Shown here one piece after another: positions 40,080 through 52,835 of a stretch of DNA of 64,000 nt. The translations under genes and the position numbers were made by a program. This stretch comes from the human T2T-CHM13v2.0 reference genome, Homo sapiens. Below the pieces are notes generated by a model. The model ran no database searches. It saw only the letters and a list, made by a program, of their open reading frames with translations, and was not told the origin of the DNA. Location of the stretch: NCBI RefSeq assembly GCF_009914755.1, contig NC_060935.1. One strand, 5' to 3'. Within the stretch, counting starts at the first letter, position 1; each line of letters begins with the position of its first letter.

Positions 40080-41160
40080 CCCACTCACAAGCCCTCGTGC
40101 CCAGCCCCCGTGCCTCAGGAGCCCACACACACTCCGACCCCCACGAAGCGCCCCAGGCCCTCACCCCCGCGCCCAGGCACCGGGCGGCCGCTCCCCGGGG
40201 CTCACCTTCGCTGCAGAACTTGCCGCCGAAGCCCGTGTGGCTGCAGTCGCAGCCCACCTCGCCGGGGGCCAGCACGGTGCAGAGGCCGCCGTTGGCGCAG
40301 GGGTTGCGCGCGGGCGCGCACAGCGGGTCGGCGGTGGCGCCGCGCAGGCCCTGGCTGCCCAGCAGCGCGGGGGGCCGCTCGCCCAGCTTCAGGTTGGCCA
40401 AGAGACCGCGGAAGGGCGGCTCGTACTTGACGGTGCTCAGCGTAAGCGCCGAGAGGCGCACGTCGGGCGGGATGCCGCCCACGAACAGGTCGCTGGCCAC
40501 CTGCATCTCGCGCCGCTTGGAGCGCACCTCGGCGGCGCGGGCCTCGCCGTCCACCGCCAGCGCCGTGCGGCGCGCGTCGCGGGTCAGCAGCACCATGTGC
40601 CAGCGGTCGTCGGCCACCGGCGTGTCCAGCTGCAGCGTGGCCGGCTCGGCGCACGAAAGCGTGAAGCGCAGCCGCAGGCGGCCGTCCACCAGCAGCAGCT
40701 CCAGGAAGTCGCAGTCGCCGCCGTCGTCCAGGTAGAGCAGCAGCGCGCGCGTGGCGTTGGTGCGCAGGCTGAAGCTGAGCTCGCCGCTGCTCGCCGCGCC
40801 CGCCCAGCGCGCGTAGCGAGCCCACTGCCCGGGGCCGCCGCCGAACTCCAGGCCGTCCGCGCGCGCCGCCAGCGCCAGCAGCAGCAGCAACAGCAGCGGC
40901 GGCGGTGTCGGCCGCCACCGGCTCCCGGACGCCATGCCTACGGCGGCCCCGGCCCCGCCCGGCCCCCGGCCCCCGCTCAGGCTTCAGAGCCGCGGGCGCA
41001 TGGGGCGGGAGGGGGCCGGGCGCTCCCCGCGCTGAGCGGGGCTCCCTTGCAGGCTCACAGTGCCATGGGCCCGGCCGCGGGGCGAGGCGCGCAGAGGCCC
41101 AGATGCCGGCTTCCCTCAGGCGGCGGCGGCGGCGCCCCTCCCCCGCCGCGGGCTCCGACA
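40080..41160. promoter_or_regulatory. CpG island over NRXN2 exon 2
   Basis: Very high GC and CpG density across about 1.1 kb. Confidence 0.85.
40206..40935 (-). CDS. NRXN2: NRXN2-alpha exon 2 coding part (730 nt): signal peptide, LNS1, EGF1
   Basis: ATG in strong Kozak context (ggcATGG); MASGSRWRPTPPPLLLLLLL...CANGGLC...FCSE; donor GAAG|GTGAG at 40205. Confidence 0.98.
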
Positions 41161-41179
41161 GAAGAGCAGGGAGGGATGC
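40936..41179 (-). other. NRXN2: NRXN2-alpha exon 2 5'UTR portion (244 nt)
   Basis: Pyrimidine tract and acceptor ttctcccgcag|GCATCC at 41180-41181. Confidence 0.85.
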
Positions 41180-44100
41180 CTGCGGGAGAACAGAGAGGAA
41201 AGGGTTAATGAGAACAGAGAGGAAAGGTCCAACGAGAGGGGCCGTCGGTGCCGGGCTCCCCACGCATATCAGCAGGCACCAGACTGTTTCCCTGCAGAAC
41301 TTAGAGAGGCCCTGACCTGCAGAGGGTCCCGAGGCAAGAGACACGGATTCCGGGGGCCAGCACTTAGGAGAGATGGCACGCACTAGGGGCAGCATTGGTT
41401 TGAGATGTGGACAGGGAGAGGTGACACGTTCGAGCCCGGCAGGAGCCCAACCCATCAGCCCGCTCCCTCACCCTCTCAAAGGACCCCAGTGTCAGGAAGG
41501 ACCAAGGCCAGCTCCTTGAGCGAGGCCTGGGAACTCTCCTCCGCCTGGTGACCCCAGCCCCTTCTCTGAACCGCCCAGCCTCTGCCTGGCTCCCACCTCC
41601 AGCCACTGTTCCTCTCATCAGCTCTTGATACTGGATAATGAAGTTACTAAATAATTCATTGGGATTAATTAAATGCCAATTCGTCGATGGTATCACAGGG
41701 TAACCAGACTGGGAAGGGGGCAAGGGAGAGAAGCCAGCCAGGACCCAGATATCCAGGCCCCAAGCCCTCTCCATCCAAGCAGGGACTCAGGCATCCAATT
41801 CTGTGTCTCCAGTTCCCCCGAAACCACGCTCACCCCTTCCCAGGCCCCAGCCTCACTGCTTACCAACCCAGGTCCTTTCTGAAGCTAAATGTCTGTCATC
41901 CTCAACTTCCAGCTCTCAGTGCTCAGCCTCAGGACTGGCCCCACTACCTGGGCTCTCTTTACCCCTCAGTTCCCTCTGCCCACCCCCCACCCAAGATTGG
42001 GGGAGCCACCAGGAGGCAGGCAGGCTCATTTGCATAAAATTGCCTTTCTGAAATGATTACCCTTGTAACGGGCTGTCAGAGAGCAATTTATACCCCACGC
42101 CGGGGAGGGGAATTTGCATCTCGTTAAACTCCAAGTCGTAATTATTTATATCCAACAACCCTCCTGAATATTGCATTGATTTTATTTTGGGGAGGGAGGG
42201 AGAGAAGGAGGTGGGGAGAAGCCTGGGAGAGAAGCAGGGAGGGGCTAGAGTTTAGGAAGAGACAGGGAAAGACTGAAGGAAGAGGGGAGAGAAAGAGGAA
42301 GGAGAGGAAGCGCCTGGAAAGTAACAGAGATGGAAGAGTAATGGAGGAGAAAGGTGGCCTAGTGGGGAGAAATGAAAGAAAAGACAGAGAAAATTAAATT
42401 CCAAATCCAAACAGCATTTGTCAGAGCCCTGGGTGCTGGGCATTTTTACAAATGTCATTTTACTTAATCACTCTGAGAAGTCCCATTATTCTCATTAACC
42501 ACTGGGGAAACCCAGGTAAAGGGATCTGGGGACTTGCCCAAGGTCACACGGCCAGTCAGCGGGGAACTGAGACTCAGATCCAAGTCTGCTCGACTGCAGC
42601 ATCCCCAGGAAATAGACAAGCACAGGATAGCCACAGGTGTAGCTCAGTGAGGTGAGAACCAGAAGATAAGGAGAGGGCTGACTTCGGGAGGGGAAGGCTG
42701 CAGAGGTGCAGTCAGGAGCTGAAGAGCTATGTGGAAGGAAACGAGGGACCCCCTAAAAAACCATAGTGAGGGGGCGTCTGGAGAGTGACACGTGTGCAGA
42801 GGAAGATGGGGCAGAAAAGGCCTCAGAAGGTAGTCGGGAGCGTTGGGGGAGCCATCTCCAAGAGGCCGGTAAAGCTCAGCCCTCGGGTCCTGCCATCCAG
42901 CTCCTGACTGCTGCCCTCCCAATCCTACAAGGCTCCAATGGGGACCTGAATGTCCTGCCCCAACACCCCTCCAAGGACTGCCTCTGCCCGGGCAGTGGGG
43001 AGGAGATCCAGGCAAGCAACCCCCACTCCTTACAAACACTGTCGGGTTATATATAGCCTTGCCACTGCCTCTCCTCATTGGGTAATGGAGATAATTAACA
43101 TGTGCGGGCTAATTAGCCAATCAAATTAAATGCAGCACCTGCTCCCAGCCTGATTGACGCCCTCACCCCCCCACACACAAGCATCCCCAGCCCAGGGCAG
43201 GGAAGGGGGCTCCTCAGGCATGGGGGGAGGGAAAGGTCTAAGCTTTCCCTCTTTTCCAGAAGCGGTAGCCAAAGACCCTCAGCAAAGGGACAACCCTGTG
43301 GCCAGAAGAGTGACCAGCCTCCCTTCCTCCTTCCCTGCTAGGGTCTCCATCTCAGTCTGGCCTGGCCTAGCCTCTGTCTGCTGCTCTCCCAGCACCCACC
43401 CCCACCTCCGGACACTATTTTGGGGAGGGAATTAATTAGCTATCGATTTCCGCTGGCGGAGGGAAAAGGATTTCGTGCTGCTGTCCAGTCATCCCCAAGC
43501 TCAGAACAGGAGGGACTGTTTCCCCCGCCCCACCCCCATCCCAGTCCCCCTGCCATGGCCACATCCACCACCCTTTAGGGAGATGGCAGACGGGTTCTGT
43601 GGGAAAGGCGAGGGGCAGGAAGTTGGGGGAGGACAGATAGAGTGAAAGATGGTAGGGAGGCTGCCAGAGGCTGGAAGGCAGACGCCTGGGTCCTGAGAGC
43701 CAAAGGGAATGTTATCTGGGTGGAGGGGCAGGGGGGCGAAGCGGCTGAGAGTCCAGGAGGTGGAGGTTCTACTGGTCCGTGTGGAGGGAGAGTGGGAGGG
43801 GTGCCGTGCAGGCAGGCTTCTGTGAGCCGGTTCAGGGGCAGAGGCTGGGCTTATGTGGTGCCTCCAGGGAGGGTCGGAAGCAGGGTCTGGGCCTGCGGCC
43901 CCTCAAGGCTCATTACTCATTCTTCCCGCAGCCCACAGCTCTGCAGCAGAGGCCAGCCAGGCCTCTGGGGGCACAGGGACTGCGGAGCTAACCAGGAGGA
44001 AGCCCCAGCACTCCCTGAGTCCTCTCTCCCCCGGGATCCACAGACCCTTGGGGCAGCTTCACGCTTGCCAGGTAGAGATGGTCCCAGGAGGAGTGAGCCA

Positions 44101-46129
44101 GCGGACACCTGGGTCCTTTCCATTCCCCCGCCCAGTGTCCAGGAAACTTGCTGCTCTTCCCCTCGCCTTTCCCCTCCCTGCGCCTCTCCCACCCAGGCCA
44201 AGGCTGCTGCCGACCCAGCCTCCAACCCACCCTTCTCCCAGAATACAGGGGGCTCCTGCTACCCTGGGATGCTCCATCCTTCCTGAGCTCCTGGAACTTA
44301 GCAGCAACCCTTTCTCCAGAGGTCTCCCCACAGGCCAGGGTAATTGCCTCACACGACCACATCAAGTAAACGGTGTCCCCTGGAGTTGTACAAGGCAACA
44401 GCTCCTCCCCAGGTTTATGCAGTGCAGAGGAAGCCGCCTTGCACCCACAGCGTCCAAGTACTGCCCCCGCAAGGCCCACTTTTCTTCTTCCATTGCCCAC
44501 TGCCAGTGCAGGGACACTGCCAGGGTGACCCTGGGGTACCTGTCTGCTCACTGACGTCAGTGCAGTGCACACTGCCACCCACTGCTGGCCCAGAGCCGCC
44601 ACACCTCTGGGGAGCCGACCTCCTGAGTAATCCTGGGGTTCTGTACCCAGTCAGCTCCCTAGTGCCTCCCACCCTGCCCCTACCCACAGATAGACTCAGC
44701 AGCCTTGGGCCAGTGGTGCCCAGAGCTGGAGTGGGTGGGGCAGGGGGTGGCTAGGCTGCCCTCAGGACTTCTGCTGACTCTCCCCAACATTACCCTCTCC
44801 CGATAACTCAACATTACCCTCTCCCGATAACTCTTCCTGGGTCCTCCTAGGCCAAAGCCTCCTCCTCATTTTCCCACGGCGAGGCCAGTGCCACTGAAGC
44901 CTCTGGGCTGCAAGCTTTGGGCTCCGTCTGCATCAGACACCAGGCTGGACCCCATGTGCGCTGTCTTAGTCAATCCTTCGGCTTCTAGGAGGTCATTTTG
45001 TCACTCAGGCTTACAGACCAGGAAGCTGAGCTTAGAACGATGAATTCACTTGCCCAAGGCCACAGTCCAGGTAAAGGGTGTGAGGGCTCCAAGGCATTTC
45101 TTTTCCCCTGTGTCTGGGGCTCAGAGCCCACCCTCCTCTGATCTGGCCTTCACAGGGGACATAGCTCTCTCAGGTGCCCCACTCTAAAGCCCACTCCTGG
45201 GACTGGGAGACAGAGATCTCAGAGCTCATGGGGTTCATCTTCTCTTTTTTTTCCTGATGTGGAAACTGAGTCCCAGGGAGGGGCAGTGAGCTGGCCTGGG
45301 ATCACACAGAAAAGCAAGACTAGAACCAAAGTCGCTGGCCTTCCCTTCCAGACATTTCCCCTTGCACTTGCTGACCTAGACCTGGGCCCTCCAACCTGAC
45401 CAAAGGCCTCAGCCCTACGCCATCAGGGGCAAGTATGCAAATGGTGATCCATGCCCACACAAGCAGAGCCCCTGGCCAGGGGCCCTCTCCCCGCATCCAC
45501 ACAGCCCCCTCTCTGTCAATGCCCACACACACAAACACACGCCCATACACACACCTCCAGCCATGGGGATGCCGGCCTCCCTCTGGCTCTCCTCTCCTCA
45601 CGCCAGCATCCTCTCATGCCAGCTGGGAGTGAGACAGCAGGGGCCTCCTCCAGGCGCCAGGGAGGAAGAGCTGGGTTTACACACATTCTGGTGGCCCCAG
45701 AAGGCAGCCCGTGGACAGGTGGGAGAAGTGCGTGCTATGGGGGGAGATTCTGGCTCAGGCTAAAGAGAAACTTGCTGGCTGGCAATCTAAAGCATCCAAC
45801 AGTGGAGTAGGCTGCCTCGGGGGGTGGTGAGTTCCCCGTCTGTGGGGGTGTTCGAGGTGAGACCGGATGACTGCTGCTCAGAGAGGCTCGGTGTGGGGGA
45901 GGCTCTTGAATCATATGGAAGAGGACAGCAGACTGCTTGACCCCTGAGGTCCTTTTCAGGTGCAGAATGTTTTTTGGAGGGTCCCCTTTCCCCCGTGAAA
46001 TTCCAGGCAAGATTGGCAGACGGTGAACAGTTCCTACCTCCCCCTTCCTTCCAGCCGTGATGATCTGGCAGAAAAAAGGGAAGACCCCATGCCTTTCCAC
46101 ACCCAGCCACAACCTCAGCAGCAGCAAAA

Positions 46130-46600
46130 ACAAGACAGCACAGTGGTTAGAGGCACTGGCTCTGAAGCCTGGGTTCAAATGCCAGCTCTACCCCTATCCA
46201 GCTGTGTGACCTTTGGTAAGTTACTCAGCCTCTCTGTGCTTCACTTTCTTTATGTATAAAATAGAGATAATAATAGTGTTGTCAAAATTAGAATTAACAT
46301 ACATAAAGCTCCTAGTACACTGCCTGGCATAGACTAACGTGTGAAAAAAAAGTGTGTCGTATTAATGATTTTTTTAAAACTTCTCATCTCGGCCTTTTAC
46401 AGTTTGCAGTACCGAGTGCCTAGTGTTTCCTCTGATCCTCACCAGGGCTTGGTGAGAAAAGTAAGCAAGACAAGTATTATCACTGCCCCTTTTACAGATG
46501 AGGAAATAGATACTCAAAGGGGAGAAGGGACCCACCCAAGGTCCCACAAATCATAAATGGCAGAGCTGGGATTCAGATTTGGTTCTGTCTAATCCCTATC
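46130..46600. mobile_element. MIR fragments (two orientations)
   Basis: ctgggttcaaatgccagctct...tgtgacctttggtaagttactcagcctctctgtg; ttttacagatgaggaaa...ccaaggtc...ggcagagctgggattc. Confidence 0.75.
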
Positions 46601-49600
46601 CCTCGTGTCCTCCTCAACTCTGCTGGTCAATTGTCCTGACTCAGAGGGCAGTAGAAGGAACAAACAGGTCTAAAGATAAGTCGGAGTCCCATGCCAGGGT
46701 GGGCTGGGCATGAGCGGCCATGTCTGCAGGTCGCCAAGCAGCTCTCTGTGTCATGGAGAGAAGCATGGAGCGGGCTGGGCCCAGTAGCTGGTAGCTCGGG
46801 GTGCACAGGATGAGGCTGCTGCCGCCTCATGGAGCTGGGGAAGCGGGTGGGCTGGGGACAGAGGTGCAATGGAATGACTTGGTGGAGTGGGGGCCGGAGG
46901 ACAGGTGCATGGGAGCATGGAGGTAGGTGGTGGGAGGGATGAGCACCAAGCTTACCTATGCTGTGCACAGCTGGGGCACAGCAGCCTGGGCGGGTGCACC
47001 CCAGTGATGCAGAGGGGGACAGATGGCTTCCAGGGGCGGCCTTGTGAGTAAGCATGAGGTGCCTGGGAATGTTCCTAAAGGTATCTATGACAGGTGTGTG
47101 CGCGTGTGTGTGCGTGCAGGGAAGGTTATGATAATGACAATAAAAATAGCTACCATTTATGGGGACCTTCTATGTGTCTTACAAATACCTCAAAGTAAGG
47201 TTTACAGAGTGCTTCGCACAAGGCCAGGCACACAGTAGGTACACAATAAACATGCTTGTTACTACTATCATTGCCATCATTGTCCTCTCAGTGAGTCCTC
47301 ATAACATCCCACTAGGTAGGGATGAGGATCCCATTTCACACGTGAGGAAACTGAGGCTCACTGAGGAGCACAGCGGAGTCCCACCTTCACCCTCACCCCA
47401 CCATGCCAAACAGTGGTGGTGGCAGTGGGGAAGCAGCTTCGTAAATAACAAGGTGCCACACACATCCTTGAAAGTGTGCACCAGACTATTTGTTGAATGA
47501 GTCTCCGAGAGCCCACAGGCCCATCAGTGTGGAAGGGGCAGGGGCGAGGGAGCTGCACCAACAGATGGAGCAGCAAGGTGGGTGGCGTGTGAGGACACAC
47601 AATCGGGGCATCCCCGTGGGGGCTGGGCTTGGGAGCTGCGAATGAAAGGACAGTGTCTCCAGTGCACAGGCAGGTGTAGGGGCCCTTGTGCCTGAGGATT
47701 AATGCGGGGGGTGGGGCCACTTAGAAATGGGAAGGCTCCCAGGGAAACCAGGTGTAGGTGGGGGCTGGACTCCACTGGGAAGGGTCGTGGTTGTGGCCAG
47801 GAGGGGTAGGAGGCCCTGCGCCGAAGGTACAAAGATAAGTGAGTGAGAGAGAGAGAAAGTAGAAGAGAGGTTTAGGGGGTGAGCCACAGCATTAAGTGTG
47901 TTAGCAAACATGTGCTGGTGTGCACACACACGTGCACACACACAAAGGCCTGGGGCAAGGTGTTCAGCACCCAGACAGACATGCACATGGTACTTCAGGA
48001 TGAGCTTGCTGGGGGGCAGGGACTGGTGTGTCTGGGAGGGTGTGCCCACATGCTGTGTAGACCTGGGAGGGATGGGGTGTCTGGAAGGAGAGGGTGTGTT
48101 GCAAGGACTGAAGGTGTATGAGGAAGAAGCACAGGTGTGCCTGCGATGGCTGTGAGCCTGGGGAGGTGAGTGGTTGGATGGGGGCTGTGTGCATCCAAGG
48201 GTGAGGGCTGGCAGTGCTGCGCTGGGGGCTCTGGGGGCACGTAGTGGCCGTGTGTGTGTTGTGTACATGGCAGCAAGGCACCTGGGGGAGGTCTCAAGGA
48301 GGCAGGCATGAGGTGGCAGCCTCTCTGGGTGGGGAGTGTGGGCTGTATGCTGCCAGGAGGTGTATTGTGTACGCAGGTGTGTGTGCCTGTGTAGGTGTGT
48401 GTCTGGGTGGGTGCCACCGAGCGCGTGTATCATTGTCAGAGTGTCTGTGTCACTGGCAAGGGTAAGCGGGAGGGAGCAGCTGGACCTGGGTAGTGACTGA
48501 GCCTGGAAGGAAAGAGGGGTCCCCACCAGCCACTCGCGCACCCAGCCCCTCCTCTCAGAACTCCAATGTCATATGGATTCAGCCCAGGCCTGGGCTGGAA
48601 AGAACTGCCCGGCAGCCGTGGCTGGTTGGTCCATCCCGCCCACCCCTGTGGATCTGAGGATAGGATGGGTCTGAGAACACTTCCTCTAGCATGAATGAAG
48701 AGCCCCCAGCCAGACCCTTCTCCCCTGTCTCCCAAAAGATCCAGCCACACCTCAGATGCCAGCATCCCTAGAGCCATCCCTGGAAGCAAGAGGAGGTAGG
48801 GACTGAGGGGCTGAAGCACCCACAAAACAGAAGGCCTCACAGTTAGCAGACTGCAGACCTCCCTCCCCTTCTCCTTCCCTCTCCCTTCTTTCTTTCTCCT
48901 TCTCTGGCAGAAGACAGAGAAAGTAAGACCCTAATGTCCACCCTCCTCCAAAAGGAACACCCAGACACTGGGAAGGTAGACAACAGGGAAGGATAAGAAT
49001 GAATGGAAGAGGAGAGACGCCCACCCGCCAACACATGAAAAAACAGGGCTATCTGGAAGCCCCCAGGGCAGCCAAGGGACTGGGGACCCAAGACCCACCC
49101 CCTAAAAATCTATTTCATTATTCCAGGTGGACAGCCTCCTCCTTCACCTCCAGACACCAAGAAAAAGCCCCTCCCAGCCCTTGCTAGCTCAATGAGGCAT
49201 CGAATGCCCTCTCCCAAGATTCAGGAGGGGGGTGAGAGTAAAGGAGACAACAGCACCCCAAAGCCAATTGTGCCCCAAAAGCCCATCAAGGGTTCAAGGG
49301 CTCATACCCCAACCCAAAGACCCCAGGGAAGATTGCTGCTTCAGCTGGGGGAGGAGGCTGGGACATGAGAAATGGTCCCTTCCTCTTTAGGGGTGGGGGA
49401 GCAAGCCAAGGGCCCTGCAGCTTCCTCTCCCCCTGCAGCACTCTCTGACCAGAACCCTGTCACCGCCCCCAGCGCATTCCCACCCCAGCAAAGCCCCCTC
49501 CTACTGATTTCCCAGTCTCCCTGTCTCATCACCCCCAGCCTTCCCCCGCAAGCTTCCGCTCCTCTCCCTCAGACCCCATCTTTCCCAGCTCTCCACCAGC

Positions 49601-50039
49601 ACAGACCCATCTCTGCCTGGAGCACCTTGGCACATTCCCCTCTGCTCTCTCCCAATAACCTCTTCTCCCCTTGGCTCCCATCCCCCAGGAAAGCCTGGTC
49701 CTCAGTGGGTCCCCTCAGGACGAAGCCCTTGGCCTGGCCCCTTTCCTTCCCTCTCCACTTCTCTCTCTTCTCCAGCCCCCTCTCCTCTCCTCCCACGAAG
49801 CCCAGTTTCTCGCTGGTTAGACCCTCCAGAACACAACAGCTCCTCTGGCCCGGCGCTGCTTCAAGCCTCTGGGGCTAGCACAGACTGGAGACCCCCCTTT
49901 AAGAACCCCCTCTAAGTCCTCTGGATGCCCCTCCTCTCTCCATCCCTTCCCCCAAAGACCCTTCCTCCCACCCCTCCCCATTCTCCTCAGCTCTCAGGGC
50001 CAGTGCCCCTTCCACAGGAGCCTCCGACCCCCAAGCCCC

Positions 50040-50900
50040 CAGCGGCTTTGCCTCCTCGCTGTCACCGGGCCAGCCCTCTCAGCGCGGCGCCCCCGCCCCC
50101 CAATTCATCCGTCCTGCCTCCCTCGCCCCCTCCGATCCGCTCCCCTCCCCCGATCGGCTCCCGCCCCCCGCCCGTCTCCGCCGCAGCGCCCCCCCCCCCA
50201 TTTTACCTGGTTCTCGGGGCGCCAGAAGCTGGAGGGTGGGTAGCAGAGCTACAGGGCCGCCCCGTCTCCGACGGGTGGCAGAGCCAGGGCTAGCGGTGTC
50301 TGCCGCCTCGCGCCTCTCTCCCTCCCCGCCGCGTCCCCGCCCGCCCGCCCGCCCCGCCGCGGTGCCTCTCCGAGGAGGATGCTCCGCGAGTCAGGGCGGC
50401 TGCTCCCGCCGCCGCATCCCTGCAACACCGACTGACGGCAGCATCAGCACCAGTGCCCGCCCCCGAGACGCGCGCATTGGACCACGCTGCGCTGACGGGC
50501 GAGCAGCGCAGCCAATGCAAGGGCTCAGAAGCCGCCAGTCCAGCGGCTCCACAGGCCCACTCCCTCCCTCGCGCGGGACCCAGGCGTCCCGGCCCCAGCA
50601 CCCGCGCTCCTCCCAGCCTCTCGAGGTTCTCGGGCGCCCGGGCCCCCAACCAGGCGGGCCCCAAACCCGGCCTCAGTGTCTTTTCCGGGAACCCAAGCAC
50701 TCTCGCCCCTCGCCCCTCGCCCCTTAGTTCGGGGCCTTGGGTCCCGCACCCTCCCCCCACGGCCAGCAGGTCTTCGCGCAGCGCGGGGCTGGGACAAGCC
50801 GAAGGAGAGGCTGTGGACCCCGACTTGGGACGCCGCGAGAGCAGGGCTGATGCGGGGCCTGGGCCGCAGCGCCCTCTGCTGGCTACCCCCAGGGGCGGGC
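50040..50900 (-). promoter_or_regulatory. CpG-island, TATA-less promoter of NRXN2-alpha
   Basis: Dense CpG; GC box 50455-50463; two oppositely oriented CCAAT boxes at 50476-50480 and 50512-50516. Confidence 0.8.
50207..50435 (-). other. NRXN2: NRXN2-alpha non-coding exon 1 (5' end approximate)
   Basis: Donor CCAG|GTAAAA at 50205-50206 inside a CpG island, just downstream of CCAAT and GC boxes. Confidence 0.75.
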
Positions 50901-52209
50901 CCGGGCTTCGAGGAGCCTAGAGAAGGGGGACTCGGTGGGTCCATGGCTGCTGGGGGCTTTTTCCAGTCGGTAGCCTGGCCCCCACCTCCCACCGTCCGGA
51001 GGGCCCCTGGCTTGGAGCCCCCAGAACTGAAGAGGAAGGGGCTTTGCTGGGATAAAGACGGAGGCGGTGGGGGAAGGAAAGGCAGAGATGGGGGCGGGGT
51101 AGACCTAGGAACTTGGGGGTTTCCCAGTCCTGCCTCATGGGAATCCCAGAGTTTGAGGCCAAACTCTCAGTTCTGCCTGGAACCCTGGACCGAGGTACGA
51201 GTAGGTGTGGGGGCAGGGTTGCGCCTGCACATGCCTGGTGACTGAGGGCACCTGGCAGCAGCCCCCTTCTCTGTTCTCCTCCTCCCATCCATGAGTTTCA
51301 GTTAGAGTGGTGCTGGGGGGCGCAGGTCTCTCCTGTAAGGGTACATGCATCACTGTGCATGTGTATGAGTGTGGGGGACTGGGGGACACCCTTCACTCAC
51401 TCCGCCAATAAAAGTGTACACACACTGGCACTTAGTGTGTATACCCCGAGGTTGGTCACTGGGCTGCTGAATGAGACAGTGAGAGACAGAGTGTGTGTGT
51501 GTATGTGTGCCAGACCATTCTGCCAGCTCACTCCAGGACCCTGGTTTCTGTTGCAGGGTCTGTGATCTGCACAGCTGGTGGTAGTTGGCACTTCCTTAGC
51601 CAGAGGCAACATGCAAGAACACTTACATTCAACCACCAATGCATGGACATTGGGGCACTCACAGCCATGCACACATATCTGTGAACACTGGGCATTCCCA
51701 GAGACACATAAGAACACCTGCAGAAATGCCCCACCATGGTAACACACCCACAGGAAGCATATACTGCCCAAGAACACACACACTTGTGCACACAGGTACC
51801 TACACCAGGCAATTAATGCATGCCCAGAACAGTTGCACCCAGGGGACCTGCCCACAGTCATCCTGGACCCCTGCCCAGGCACTTCAAAGAGAGTGGTCAA
51901 TTACTGAGTGGCTTAATGCGGACACCAACCCCCCGGGTGGGAAACTCCTTCCCCAGCCTGTGAAGGGGTAAGAGGGGGACCCAGGCTGCAAGGAGTTTTT
52001 CCTAGGAGTCGAGAAGGGTGATCCCTAAGCCAGGTCCCAGACTTAGGGCCCACTCTGACCTTGGAGAGACCCCCAGGGCATCCCCACCAAAGCCAATGAA
52101 GGAGCCAGAGAATGGAACTGCTGCGTCAGGGCCTATGAATGCGAAATCGCCTCCCTGACCCCACAGCCCACTTTCCTGCCCATCCCCCACTGTTCCTCTT
52201 CCTGCAGCC

Positions 52210-52214
52210 TCACA

Positions 52215-52251
<37 letters not shown>
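52210..52251. repeat. (CA)n microsatellite; another at 52803-52834
   Basis: Visible. Confidence 0.93.
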
Positions 52252-52253
<2 letters not shown>

Positions 52254-52799
52254 CTTGTCCATCCAGGCATCAGGGCATAGACAGACAGATGCAATGGCTC
52301 ACAGAGACAGACTCAGACCCTTACAGAGGAGCCTGGGCAGGGAGGGAGGTAAGTATGAGCACTTGTCTCCTTTCCCTACCCCCAGCTTTGCCCATCAAGG
52401 GCAGAAAAGGTCACCGGGCAGCTGCTGCATCTCCCTGTCCCTCCCACCTACAGGGACATCTCTCCTCTCTGCAAGGTCCAAGGTTCAGATTGCCTAAGCA
52501 TTTGGGACCTGCCACTTCAAGACACACCCCCCACACACACACACCACACACAGGTACCCACCCAATGTGGACAGTTGAGTGATATGCTGAGCACATGCCC
52601 TTCTCCCATGTGCAAAGGCCAGTGGGGACACATGGGGGAGGGGAAACACAGCAGATACAGCATGCATGTCCATGCACACACATGCACACAGGCGCATACA
52701 ATGTGAAGCTCAGACACCAAATTCAGACACATGCAACCATGAAGACCGCTACTTGTCACATCCCGGGCAGGCAGACCTGGACACACATATGCATGCATG

Positions 52800-52835
<36 letters not shown>

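Noticed and set aside
39790-40205. C-terminal 138 aa of the 381-aa ORF
   Set aside because: Intron read-through past the canonical GAAG|GTGAG donor; not neurexin-like
39824-41455. Long overlapping ORFs (303, 323, 417 aa) around exon 2
   Set aside because: Stop-poor shadows of a very GC-rich coding exon; low-complexity R/A/G/P translations
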